Below, piece after piece: positions 30,719 through 39,551 of a stretch of DNA of 64,000 nt; the stretch's first letter is position 1; the number at the start of each line of letters is the position of its first letter. Source of the DNA: Candidatus Brocadiia bacterium (GTDB lineage: Bacteria > Planctomycetota > Brocadiia > SM23-32). The notes below the pieces were generated by a model that saw only the letters and a program-made list of their open reading frames with translations, made no database searches and was not told the DNA's origin. The position numbers and the translations under genes are program-made. Location of the stretch: contig JBKHIT010000003.1 of the NCBI GenBank assembly GCA_046538485.1, positions 1 to 64,000 on the forward strand, in the 5' to 3' direction.

Positions 30719-31582
30719 ATGCACCCTTACCTTTTCAACATTCCGGTTCCTTGGGGCGAGGGAATCAGAATTGCTTCCTACGGGTTCATGATCATGTGCG
30801 GGTTCATGGTCTCTTTGTATATTGCCCGACGACGCGCTCGAAAGGTGGGGATTGACCCGGCTAAGATATTTGATCTGGCAGTGGGACTTCTGTTTGGTGG
30901 CATAGTCGGAGCTCGGCTTTTCTACGTGATCCAGTTCTGGGATCAGTTTGCCGATAACCTGTTTCTCATCGCCAGAATCGACCAGGGAGGGCTTGTTTTT
31001 TACGGCGGACTTCTGGGCGGGGGACTCGTCGGACCGGTCATGATGGTGATGAAAAACATGCCTTTGAGGCGGACCCTTGATGTTTTAGGGTCAGTGGTGC
31101 CGCTCGGACATGCTTTCGGGCGCATCGGGTGTTTTTTGGAAGGATGTTGTTTCGGCCATGTAACGGAATCGTGGATAGGTGTGCAGTTCCCCCAGGGGAG
31201 CCCGGCCTGGACCCATCAGATTTATCAGGGGATACTGGAACCAACCGGTGAATGGTCGCGTCCGGTTCATCCCACGCAACTCTATGCCGTTCTGTACAAT
31301 GTCGCCGTTTTCGCGTTGCTGACGTTCTGGTTTCCGCGGCGAAGGCGAAACGGGGAAGTGGCGTGGATTTATGCGTTTGCATACGGGCTGGCGCGATTCG
31401 GGAACGAGTTCATACGGGTAACACAGCCCGTTTTCCTGGGGTTGACAGTGGCTCAATTGATCTGCATCCCGCTGGTGGTCTTTGGCGGGACGATGCTAAT
31501 CAGGGGACGGTTGCTTCCACCCGAGCCGATGCCGCAAACGATCTCTGCGGAACCGAAAGACGCTGACGCTTCTTCGCAATGA
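30719..31582 (+). CDS. lgt: Prolipoprotein diacylglyceryl transferase
   Basis: GARLFYV, GGLVFYGG, GRIGCFLEGCCFG, HPTQLY, RFGNEFIR. Confidence 0.93.
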   Translation: MHPYLFNIPVPWGEGIRIASYGFMIMCGFMVSLYIARRRARKVGIDPAKIFDLAVGLLFGGIVGARLFYVIQFWDQFADNLFLIARIDQGGLVFYGGLLGGGLVGPVMMVMKNMPLRRTLDVLGSVVPLGHAFGRIGCFLEGCCFGHVTESWIGVQFPQGSPAWTHQIYQGILEPTGEWSRPVHPTQLYAVLYNVAVFALLTFWFPRRRRNGEVAWIYAFAYGLARFGNEFIRVTQPVFLGLTVAQLICIPLVVFGGTMLIRGRLLPPEPMPQTISAEPKDADASSQ

Positions 31583-32006
31583 TATGTGGTCATTGTCTTC
31601 CCGCGGGAATGCAGACTCGAGTTCAGCTGAGCGGTAGCGAAGCGGGACTTGAGGCGGACAAATATGGGGTATGGACCACCAGGGGACGGGATCAGGGAGT
31701 AGCGGCATTGGCTCTTTGTTTGAAAGCCGGCTAGCGATCCCAGCGCAACTTCCCGCCGGCCCCTGCCGGCTCGCCCGGCAGGTGAAGAAGATGCAGCGCT
31801 GAGGGCGCACCCGGAGGGTGAATCCTCTCTGTTCGGGCGAAAATACAGGGTGTACCAATAGGAAAGGTCGGGGGATGGCACTTAAGTTATTGACATCACA
31901 GTCGTTATAATAATTCCGTCGTTGGATTCATGAAATATCCGGGCTAAACCGCTAATTCTTACCGATGCAAACTATGAAAAACGGCGCATCCGGCGCGCTT
32001 TTCAAT

Positions 32007-33350
32007 TCACTGTGTACGGGCAGCGCCGAGCCGGTCGGCGATTTTGCGAGTTTCCTGGAGAGCTTCTTCGCGCGAATCGAGCTCGCCTTCCAATTGTTGT
32101 TCCCGGATCTGCCCCAGAATCTCACCGAATGCCGGCCCCGGTTCATAGCCCATTTCAATCAGATCGTGTCCATCTACAAGGGGCTCGGGTTCAATTTCTT
32201 CTTCCGAAAATTCACGTTTTTTCTTCAGGACATAATTGAGGTGGTCCAGGCATTTCCAGCTGGCCATAGCATCGGCCCGCACAATTTCGCATAAATCGTC
32301 GAAGAGTGGTTCAGCGAACAATTTTTTGAGGGTGCTATCTTTCATCTTGTCGGCGTTATTGAAATACATGTGTCTTTTGACCAGCCACGTGATGTTCGCT
32401 GTTTCGTTTTTCGATAGTTTGAGCCGCCTGCATACGTTTTGCGCGATTTCTTCGCCGATACGTTCGTGCTCGGGAAAGTGTTTCGGTTTTTCGCGACTGG
32501 CTGCAGGTTTGCCAATATCGTGCAACAGAGCCGCCATCGCAAGCTCAAAAGAGGGATGAGGCCCGAGCTTTTGGACGGTCAACAGGGTATGGATAAATAC
32601 ATCGCCTTCGGGGTGGTAGTTTTCGGGTTGTTCGCAGCCTTTTGTATCCCGCAGCTCCGGGAAAATTTCGGTGAGCATCCCCAGCTGGTCCATCAAACGG
32701 AGCGAACGCGCGGGATTTTTATCGGTCAGTATAATCTTGAGTTCATCGCGGAGCCGCTCGGCGGAAACTTCTGTCACAAGGTCGCTGAGTTTCCCCAGCG
32801 CCGCACGCGTTTCGGTTTCGATATTCAGATCCAATCTACCGGCGAACCGTACGGCTCGTATGATGCGAAGATGGTCTTCCCGGAACCGTTCTTCCGCTTT
32901 GCCGATCGCCCGGAGAATGCCTTTTTTCAGGTCTTCCCGGCCGCCAATCAGGTCGATGAGCTCTTGGGCGACGGGGTCCCAGTACATGCCGTTGATTGTA
33001 AAATCGCGTCTCCGGGCGTCCTGTTCAAGGTCCGTAAAATTCACGTTTTCCGGGTGGCGGCCGTCGGTGTAGCCGTCTTCGGTCCTGAACGTCGCGACTT
33101 CAAACGCTTTGCCTTCTTTCAGGACGAGCACGACGCCGAATTTGGCGCCCACAGGTTTGGTGCGGGGGAAAATTTCTTGGATCTCTTCGGGACTGGCGTT
33201 TGTGGCGATGTCGTAATCTTTGGGCTTCTCGCCCGTAATAAGATCCCGGACGCATCCTCCGGCGAAAACGGCTTCGAATCCACGGGAGTGCAGATCGCGG
33301 ATAATCTCCCTGGCGGTTCGATAGGAATGGGTTTGTGGTTCGATCAACAT
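32007..33350 (-). CDS. cca: CCA tRNA nucleotidyltransferase / poly(A) polymerase family protein with HD domain
   Basis: GGCVRD, DYDIAT, RRDFTING, EDHLRIIRAVRF, HPEGDV..H, LLHDIGK. Confidence 0.85.
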   Translation of the reverse strand: MLIEPQTHSYRTAREIIRDLHSRGFEAVFAGGCVRDLITGEKPKDYDIATNASPEEIQEIFPRTKPVGAKFGVVLVLKEGKAFEVATFRTEDGYTDGRHPENVNFTDLEQDARRRDFTINGMYWDPVAQELIDLIGGREDLKKGILRAIGKAEERFREDHLRIIRAVRFAGRLDLNIETETRAALGKLSDLVTEVSAERLRDELKIILTDKNPARSLRLMDQLGMLTEIFPELRDTKGCEQPENYHPEGDVFIHTLLTVQKLGPHPSFELAMAALLHDIGKPAASREKPKHFPEHERIGEEIAQNVCRRLKLSKNETANITWLVKRHMYFNNADKMKDSTLKKLFAEPLFDDLCEIVRADAMASWKCLDHLNYVLKKKREFSEEEIEPEPLVDGHDLIEMGYEPGPAFGEILGQIREQQLEGELDSREEALQETRKIADRLGAARTQ

Positions 33351-33437
33351 GCTGATATCCCGCTGAGAATTTAGCGTTAAATCGATTATACACGGCCTGG
33401 ACCGTAGGCCCAAGGACAGGGATTGCCAGGCACCAGT

Positions 33438-33761
33438 TCATCCAGAGCCCAGCCCGATGAGCAGGAGGATGTTTCCGCGATCGGGAAAAAGATTTCTGAT
33501 TCGTTCCTTTTTGAAGATCTGAAAAATCATCAGGAGCAGAACGGCCAGAGTAAGGCTGAAACCGGCCGTGAAAAAAGGTCCTGAATAGAGAATGGCTTTC
33601 TTAAAGAGAGTCCCTGCGAGAGGAAAGAGAGCTGCGCACCCAAGCATAGCCCATCCGCCGCAGTCCCCGACAATGTGGAGGAACGGATCGAAAATGAAGT
33701 TCAGGTTTGATGCATAAGCGCGAGCGTCCTGTCTCTTGAACACGGTCGGGCGAGACTCCAT
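33438..33761 (-). CDS. Small hydrophobic hypothetical protein (possibly a fragment)
   Basis: 107-aa ORF with two hydrophobic segments filling the gap before cca; no recognised motif. Confidence 0.3.
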   Translation of the reverse strand: MESRPTVFKRQDARAYASNLNFIFDPFLHIVGDCGGWAMLGCAALFPLAGTLFKKAILYSGPFFTAGFSLTLAVLLLMIFQIFKKERIRNLFPDRGNILLLIGLGSG

Positions 33762-33815
33762 ACTGGATATTCTGCCATTTGTAACAACCGGAACCTGACA
33801 AACAGGAGGAAGACC

Positions 33816-34520
33816 ATGAAAAGAGCGGTCCCGATGGCGTTGTTATTTTTACTGGCTTTGACCTTTTGGATCGAATGCACGACGGGAGGCAAGAAGATGG
33901 CCGAAGCGGTTGATTTGCCCGAACCAAAAAGCAAAGGAAAAGTGTCGCTTGAGGAAACGCTTGCGGGAAGACGAAGCCGACGGCATTTTAGGGAAAAATC
34001 CATTGCCCTGGGAGATCTTTCGCAGGTGCTCTGGGCCGCCCAGGGGATCACGGGAGCCCAGCACAAGAAACGCACGTGTCCTTCGGCGGGGGCAACCTAT
34101 CCCCTGGAATTGTTTGTCGTCGTGGGCAACGGGGGAGTGAAAGGCCTGGACGCTGGAGTCTACCATTATGAACCTGGCAGTCATTCTCTGAAAAAAGGCT
34201 TTGATCAGGACGTGCGGGAAAAACTCGCGCGAGCCGCGCTGCGGCAGCAATTTATTGGTCAGGCGCCGGTGAATATCGTGATTGCCGCCGATTACAGTCG
34301 GACGACGGGACGATACGGGGATCGGGGGCACCGCTACGTCCACATGGAAGTAGGACACGCCGGGGAAAATATTTACCTGCAGGCGGAATCATTAGGTTTA
34401 GGCACGGTGGCTGTGGGGGCTTTTGAAGACGATGATGTTGGGGAAGTCGTTCGGCTGCCCGATAAACTGGCTCCTCTCTACATCATGCCACTGGGGTATC
34501 CGACAGACCGTTCGCGGTGA
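33816..34520 (+). CDS. SagB/ThcOx-family FMN-dependent nitroreductase-like protein
   Basis: RRSRRHF, LWAAQG, PSAGATYPLE, EVGHAGENIYLQA, GTVAVGAF. Confidence 0.88.
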   Translation: MKRAVPMALLFLLALTFWIECTTGGKKMAEAVDLPEPKSKGKVSLEETLAGRRSRRHFREKSIALGDLSQVLWAAQGITGAQHKKRTCPSAGATYPLELFVVVGNGGVKGLDAGVYHYEPGSHSLKKGFDQDVREKLARAALRQQFIGQAPVNIVIAADYSRTTGRYGDRGHRYVHMEVGHAGENIYLQAESLGLGTVAVGAFEDDDVGEVVRLPDKLAPLYIMPLGYPTDRSR

Positions 34521-34939
34521 TTGAAAGTTGTTTCATGCCGAAGGATGCGGCAACAATTAGCCCTCCGTAGGAAACCCGATGGCGCTGCGCTGTTCTGGGA
34601 TGCGGGGGACCGGATCATTACGTATTTGCACACTTTGGGCGCATGCTGAGCCGTATCCTCTTCCCAGAGTTCCGCGTTCTGAACTCCGGCCCCGCAAAGG
34701 TGGTGCTGAAGTCCAGTCCGCTCATCTGCCAACGCCAGGGGACGGGACACGGGTGTGAACCGTACGGACCGTTGAGCATATGCGGGTCAAAGTTACAACG
34801 TTAGTGGCGAAATGACCCCCTGAATTCCGCCCCCGGATAGCGCGTCGCTTAGCCTTGCAATCGGCGAGAGAACTGTTATCCTGTGCCGGTTGTTATCGGG
34901 CGTTCCGCGCGCCTATCGTGCCACTTATGGATGTGTCCC

Positions 34940-36148
34940 ATGAAGATACGTTTTGTTCCTTTCGAAAAACTTCCCTACAGCGACACCAGCTGGGCTCTCA
35001 TTGAGGGGCCGGACGATTGTGTTTACGCGGCGTCGTGTTGCGAAATGACAGCCGGGGGAACGGTATTTGTCGTTCGGTATGATCCGAAAACCGAGAAGCT
35101 CGAGTACCTGCTGGATGTTGCTGAAGCAGTGGGGCAAAGCCCGCAGAACGATCGGGCGACTCAATGCAAGATTCACTACAGTATGCTGGTGGACGACGAA
35201 GGGGTGATGTACGGGGCGACCCACCTGAGCGGACCCGCAAAATCTCAGCTTCAGTATAATCCCTGGAGCACTTTTGACGACCCCCGGCGCAGTTACGTGG
35301 GATCGCGGATGTTCGCGTACGACTGTGGGGTGGAAAAGGTCCTCTGGACCGATACGCTTATCCCCTGGGAAGGCTGCCGGTGTCTGGCTCTCGATCAGAA
35401 ACGGCGACGTCTCTACGCGGTGGGATATCCGCGGGACCACTTTTATATGTGGGAAATTGATACCCACCAGCGTCACGATCTCGGCCGGATCGGTTCGGTT
35501 AACCCCCAGGCTATCTGGCTGGATTCTCGAGATCGGGCTTACACGACCACAGACTACGGAAAGATACTGGTTTATGATCCTGAAAGGGAAGACTTGAGCC
35601 AGACCGATCTTCAAACGCCGTGCGCGCCTTATCAGAAGGGCTGGCACAACGTTGTTTACGATGCTGTTAAAGTGCCGGGCACCGACGACGTTGTGGGGGT
35701 GAACTGGAACCTGGCTCCGTATCTTTTCCGCTTCAGCCCGGGTGATAAAAGTGGTACCGGGAGATTGCAGAATCTTGGGCCTGCAAGCCCCGGCATCGAA
35801 GGCCGAAAGCTGCGGGGTGTCAATACGGACCACGCAGGAGGGCTTGTTTTCACCGCCGGAGGGGAACTGTTGTTTTCGGTTAGTCGCACACGCGGGGCCG
35901 GCGCCTCGGGGCGCGTAGCCACCTTAAAGAAAATGGATCTGGAGTCGCGGGAAGTGGAAGTTCTGGGGGATCTTGTGGACGAAACTGGTGTTGAGATCGC
36001 ATACATAAGCCGGGCCGTAAGGATCGGCCCTCGCGATCTGGTGATGGGGGTGGTGGGGCGTATCCCGACAGGCATTGTGCATGTCAAACTCGATGAAGAG
36101 CTGGCCAACGGCCCCTATCAGGAAACACAGAGACGATATTGGGGTTGA
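34940..36148 (+). CDS. Hypothetical beta-propeller-like protein
   Basis: Repeated short beta-strand units ending 'YDP', 'DLG'; no signal peptide. Confidence 0.6.
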   Translation: MKIRFVPFEKLPYSDTSWALIEGPDDCVYAASCCEMTAGGTVFVVRYDPKTEKLEYLLDVAEAVGQSPQNDRATQCKIHYSMLVDDEGVMYGATHLSGPAKSQLQYNPWSTFDDPRRSYVGSRMFAYDCGVEKVLWTDTLIPWEGCRCLALDQKRRRLYAVGYPRDHFYMWEIDTHQRHDLGRIGSVNPQAIWLDSRDRAYTTTDYGKILVYDPEREDLSQTDLQTPCAPYQKGWHNVVYDAVKVPGTDDVVGVNWNLAPYLFRFSPGDKSGTGRLQNLGPASPGIEGRKLRGVNTDHAGGLVFTAGGELLFSVSRTRGAGASGRVATLKKMDLESREVEVLGDLVDETGVEIAYISRAVRIGPRDLVMGVVGRIPTGIVHVKLDEELANGPYQETQRRYWG

Positions 36149-36162
36149 ATTGGAGGAGAGAA

Positions 36163-37413
36163 ATGCGCCCGGATCTTGACAATCGCAATTGGCCCGTTCC
36201 GTTCAACCGGCGAGCGAGAAAAGAAGCTCCGAAGCAAGCCGGTTTGTTGCATCAGGCCGGAACGCGTTCGTTTGTTTCGGAAGGTTATGTCCTCGCGAAA
36301 GAGCTGGCAATTAAGGGCACGCTTCGGCCTCTGCCCCCCGGAGAGTCGGCTATTACCGCGCTGGAAGTGGGGCGGAAGTATGTGTTCGGGGCCACTTCGG
36401 GAAGACGAGCACACGTATTTGCATACAATCCTGAACCGGCAAGAGAGGCTGTGATTCCTGTCGCCTGTCTGGAAGAGCATGCGGGTGTGCGCAATTCCCT
36501 CATCTGGCTCGATGGATATGGTCTGGTAGCGGGGACGACCGGTGGCGTCGAGGACGATTCCAAGAGTGGAGAGCTGTTCCGAATTCCCGTGCCGCACGTG
36601 GGAGATGTCATTCAAGAATGGGGCGGAAGTCCTTCCGAACCCGAAGCTCTCGGCGTGCCGGTGAAAGGAGAAGGAATTGCGTGCATGGTGGGCGATCCAG
36701 CCCGACGTATGGCTTATGGGCTGACGGCTGAGACGGGCATGATTTTTGGGTTTGATGCCAAAAATGAGGAGATTCGATGTTACGAACCTGTTGATCAGCT
36801 CGGGCGGTTCAGTCCTCATCTTTTGATGGGGCCCGATGGGTTTCTCTACGGATGTGCGACGGCCGGACAGATCATCCAATGGGATCCTGACCGCGAAGAA
36901 TCACGGGAGACAGGATTGTTTCTGCCCAGCATGGCGGGGCGCTCCAACTACAGCGAAGTGGGGGATTGGGCTCTCGATGTGCAGTCCGGACTCATTTATG
37001 CCGGGGATGTGGCCGATGGGTTGGTCTCGATGATCGATGTGGCCGCGGGTGAAGTTCGTGTGCTCGGAAAACCAACGAGACAGTCGCACGTTCGGGCTAT
37101 TGCCGTCGCGGCGGACGGACGGGTTTACGGTGTTGCGGGCGAGCGGGATAAGATCTGCCACCTGTTTTGCTACCATCCTCCGACCCGGGAGATGCGCGAT
37201 CTCGGCGTGCTTGTTGCCGGAACGGAAAGGCGCTGGTACGGGTATGAATTCGAATGCGCTGTGGCCAGCGCAGACGGACGCGTGTATTTCGGCGAAAGCG
37301 AAAGGGTAAGCCATTTGTTCGTGTATTTCCCGCCGTTGAAACCCGTGACAGGCACGGAGTCAAGCTGCCTCGAAGCCCCGAAAGAAATCGGTCCCTCCGG
37401 CAGTCAGTTATAG
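36163..37413 (+). CDS. Hypothetical beta-propeller-like protein
   Basis: GGAGGAG RBS; repeats 'DGFLYG', 'DGRVYG', 'DGRVYFG'. Confidence 0.65.
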   Translation: MRPDLDNRNWPVPFNRRARKEAPKQAGLLHQAGTRSFVSEGYVLAKELAIKGTLRPLPPGESAITALEVGRKYVFGATSGRRAHVFAYNPEPAREAVIPVACLEEHAGVRNSLIWLDGYGLVAGTTGGVEDDSKSGELFRIPVPHVGDVIQEWGGSPSEPEALGVPVKGEGIACMVGDPARRMAYGLTAETGMIFGFDAKNEEIRCYEPVDQLGRFSPHLLMGPDGFLYGCATAGQIIQWDPDREESRETGLFLPSMAGRSNYSEVGDWALDVQSGLIYAGDVADGLVSMIDVAAGEVRVLGKPTRQSHVRAIAVAADGRVYGVAGERDKICHLFCYHPPTREMRDLGVLVAGTERRWYGYEFECAVASADGRVYFGESERVSHLFVYFPPLKPVTGTESSCLEAPKEIGPSGSQL

Positions 37414-37649
37414 GCTCCGGTTACGAGTCAGGGAGAACCGGGGAAAAGTTCACAGAAAGCTTTTTTCTGTGCTGCAGCGGGTCTTGAGTGTTTGAGGCTC
37501 AGCCCACAGACAGGTAGAATAGGCGCGAAGAGGCCGGGCTATCGGGTTGTTATCCATATTCTTGCAAAAGTTGGGAGAAGATAGATCTTCTCGTAGAATC
37601 TGAAATTTCCAGATTGCGGACGAGTAAAAAGTGGCCGAGGTTCATTTGT

Positions 37650-39515
37650 ATGGATCAAAAGACAACAGGATCAGCAGCGGGTTATTACGCGATTGTGGTG
37701 TTGACAGCTATTGCGCTGTATAGCGCCACTCTGGCCGCTGGATTTGTGTCGGATGATCGCCCTCTGATCCTTGAGAGTAGCAGGATTCACAGTCTTTCGG
37801 AGGTATCAGGGTATTTCCTGGAGCCCTTTTCACAAAAAAGCCAGGTTGGTCGAAGTGCTCAGTACTACAGGCCTGTTGTATCGACCAGTTTCGCGGTGGA
37901 TTATGCGATAGGCGGGCCACGAGGGGCCTGGTGGTTTCATCTCACGAATATGATGGCGTATGGAGCATGTGCAGCGGCGGTTTTCGCTTTGCTGATGTTT
38001 CTGACGGACAATCGAGACGCATCATTTTTCGGGGCAATCGGTTTCGTAGTCTTGCCCGTCCACGTCTCATCTGTGTGCTGGATCTCAGGGCGGACGGATA
38101 TTTTCGCGTTGCTTTTTGCGGCGATGGCGTTGTTGTGTTTATTAGAAGGGCGCGCTGCCGAAAGGAGGCCCACCTCCTGGTTTTTGCTGGCATTTATATT
38201 TTCTCTTCTGGCGATGTTTTCGAAAGAAGTTGCGCTGGTTCTTATCGGTCTTTGGGCTGTTTTCGAAATTGCCATGGGCCGTAAAGAGCGCTTTAATGCC
38301 GGTATTCTGAGGCGTGCTTTTGCTGGAGGAGTTCTTGTGTGCGCGACCGTGATCTATCTGATTTTTCGGTGGCGGGCCATCGGCGCACTGGGAGCTGGAG
38401 ACGCGGCTCGCAATTTTGATGTTATGAGCTTAAAAGGTATTGCGACGATATGTCGGTGTTTGCTTTCGTATCTGGGAAAACTCGCACTGCCTGTGCAGTT
38501 GAGTTTCGGGTATGAATTTGATCCTTACTCGAGCCTTAGCTGGGAGCCGATAGGGATGCTTATCGGTGGCGGTGTCTTGGCATTAATCACCGTTTATGCT
38601 CTGGTGAGACGGCCTCTGGTAGGATTTGGGTTGAGCTGGATTTGGCTGGGCCTAACACCCGCGTTAAATTTCGTGCCGATCAATGAGATTGTTGCTGAAA
38701 GGTTCTTGTTCTTGCCATCGGTTGGTTTCTGTTTGCTGCTGGCGGTGGCCTTGATGGATATTACGCAGAAGAGTAACGAGGGCCTTTCGCGTGCAGCAAT
38801 GATCGCTGGAACCATTTTGATTATAGGATGGGCCACGAGAGCCGTTGCGGCCATTCCGATATGGCGTTCCCAGAGGACTCTGTATTTCTCGACATTACGT
38901 ACAGCGCCGACCCGGCCGCTTTCCCACGTGATGACGGGGGAAATTTATCTGGACGAGGTTCCTGTTCCCAAGCGAGCGGCGGTGCATTATCGTGCGGGGT
39001 TGCGTTATGCCGAAGAGAGGATTGTCGTACGACAACTCGCCCACACTCAACTTGGCAAAATTTACTCCCGGGAAGGGCAGCTTTTTGGAGCAAGCTGCCA
39101 TTTGAGTCGAGCCTACAGGCTCAACCCGACTGGAAGAGGGGCGGCGGATGAACTGGCAGGAATTTATGTCAAAGCGGCGTTCTGGTGTTTGGGACAAATG
39201 AACGATCCGCGCCGAGCGCTTGCTATACTGGCGAAAGCAGAGAAAATGGATTCCGATGCGAGGATGCTGCATTATCTGAAAGGGGTGGCACTCGCGCAGC
39301 TAGGCAAATTAGAGGATGCCAGGGATGCCTTGATATATACGACTCGCAAGCATCCGGATCTGGCTGTGGCTCATCGGCAGCTGGCTGTCGTGTATGAAAA
39401 AATGGGCAAATTGAGTCGCGCATTGCGGGAAGCAGAGCATGCTTTTAAAATAGACCGATCTCCGGAGAGCGAGACGCTTGTTGAGCGCATCAAGGAAAAA
39501 ACAAATTTGCGATAA
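37650..39515 (+). CDS. TMTC-like GT-C membrane glycosyltransferase with C-terminal TPR repeats
   Basis: FVSDD, YYRPV, WISGRTD, FSKE, AERFLFLPSVG, W..+TPR-like helices; multiple TM segments. Confidence 0.75.
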   Translation: MDQKTTGSAAGYYAIVVLTAIALYSATLAAGFVSDDRPLILESSRIHSLSEVSGYFLEPFSQKSQVGRSAQYYRPVVSTSFAVDYAIGGPRGAWWFHLTNMMAYGACAAAVFALLMFLTDNRDASFFGAIGFVVLPVHVSSVCWISGRTDIFALLFAAMALLCLLEGRAAERRPTSWFLLAFIFSLLAMFSKEVALVLIGLWAVFEIAMGRKERFNAGILRRAFAGGVLVCATVIYLIFRWRAIGALGAGDAARNFDVMSLKGIATICRCLLSYLGKLALPVQLSFGYEFDPYSSLSWEPIGMLIGGGVLALITVYALVRRPLVGFGLSWIWLGLTPALNFVPINEIVAERFLFLPSVGFCLLLAVALMDITQKSNEGLSRAAMIAGTILIIGWATRAVAAIPIWRSQRTLYFSTLRTAPTRPLSHVMTGEIYLDEVPVPKRAAVHYRAGLRYAEERIVVRQLAHTQLGKIYSREGQLFGASCHLSRAYRLNPTGRGAADELAGIYVKAAFWCLGQMNDPRRALAILAKAEKMDSDARMLHYLKGVALAQLGKLEDARDALIYTTRKHPDLAVAHRQLAVVYEKMGKLSRALREAEHAFKIDRSPESETLVERIKEKTNLR

Positions 39516-39551
39516 ATCCGAGAAGAATAGCAAGGGGGTTGGAGGAAACGA

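Noticed and set aside
31660..31700. CCACCA followed by GGGG, suggesting a permuted tmRNA junction
   Set aside because: No T-arm (GGTTCRA.TCC) before the CCA and no tag reading frame
31890..31911. TTGACA and TATAAT hexamers
   Set aside because: Spacer is only 10 nt and no co-oriented gene follows
31928..31947. TCATGAAATATCCGGGCTAA, reminiscent of an IS terminal inverted repeat
   Set aside because: No partner repeat, target duplication or transposase found in the window; the resemblance is from memory only
34520..34880. GC-rich intergenic stretch considered as a group II intron or transposase remnant
   Set aside because: No domain V hairpin and no convincing transposase motif in the frames examined
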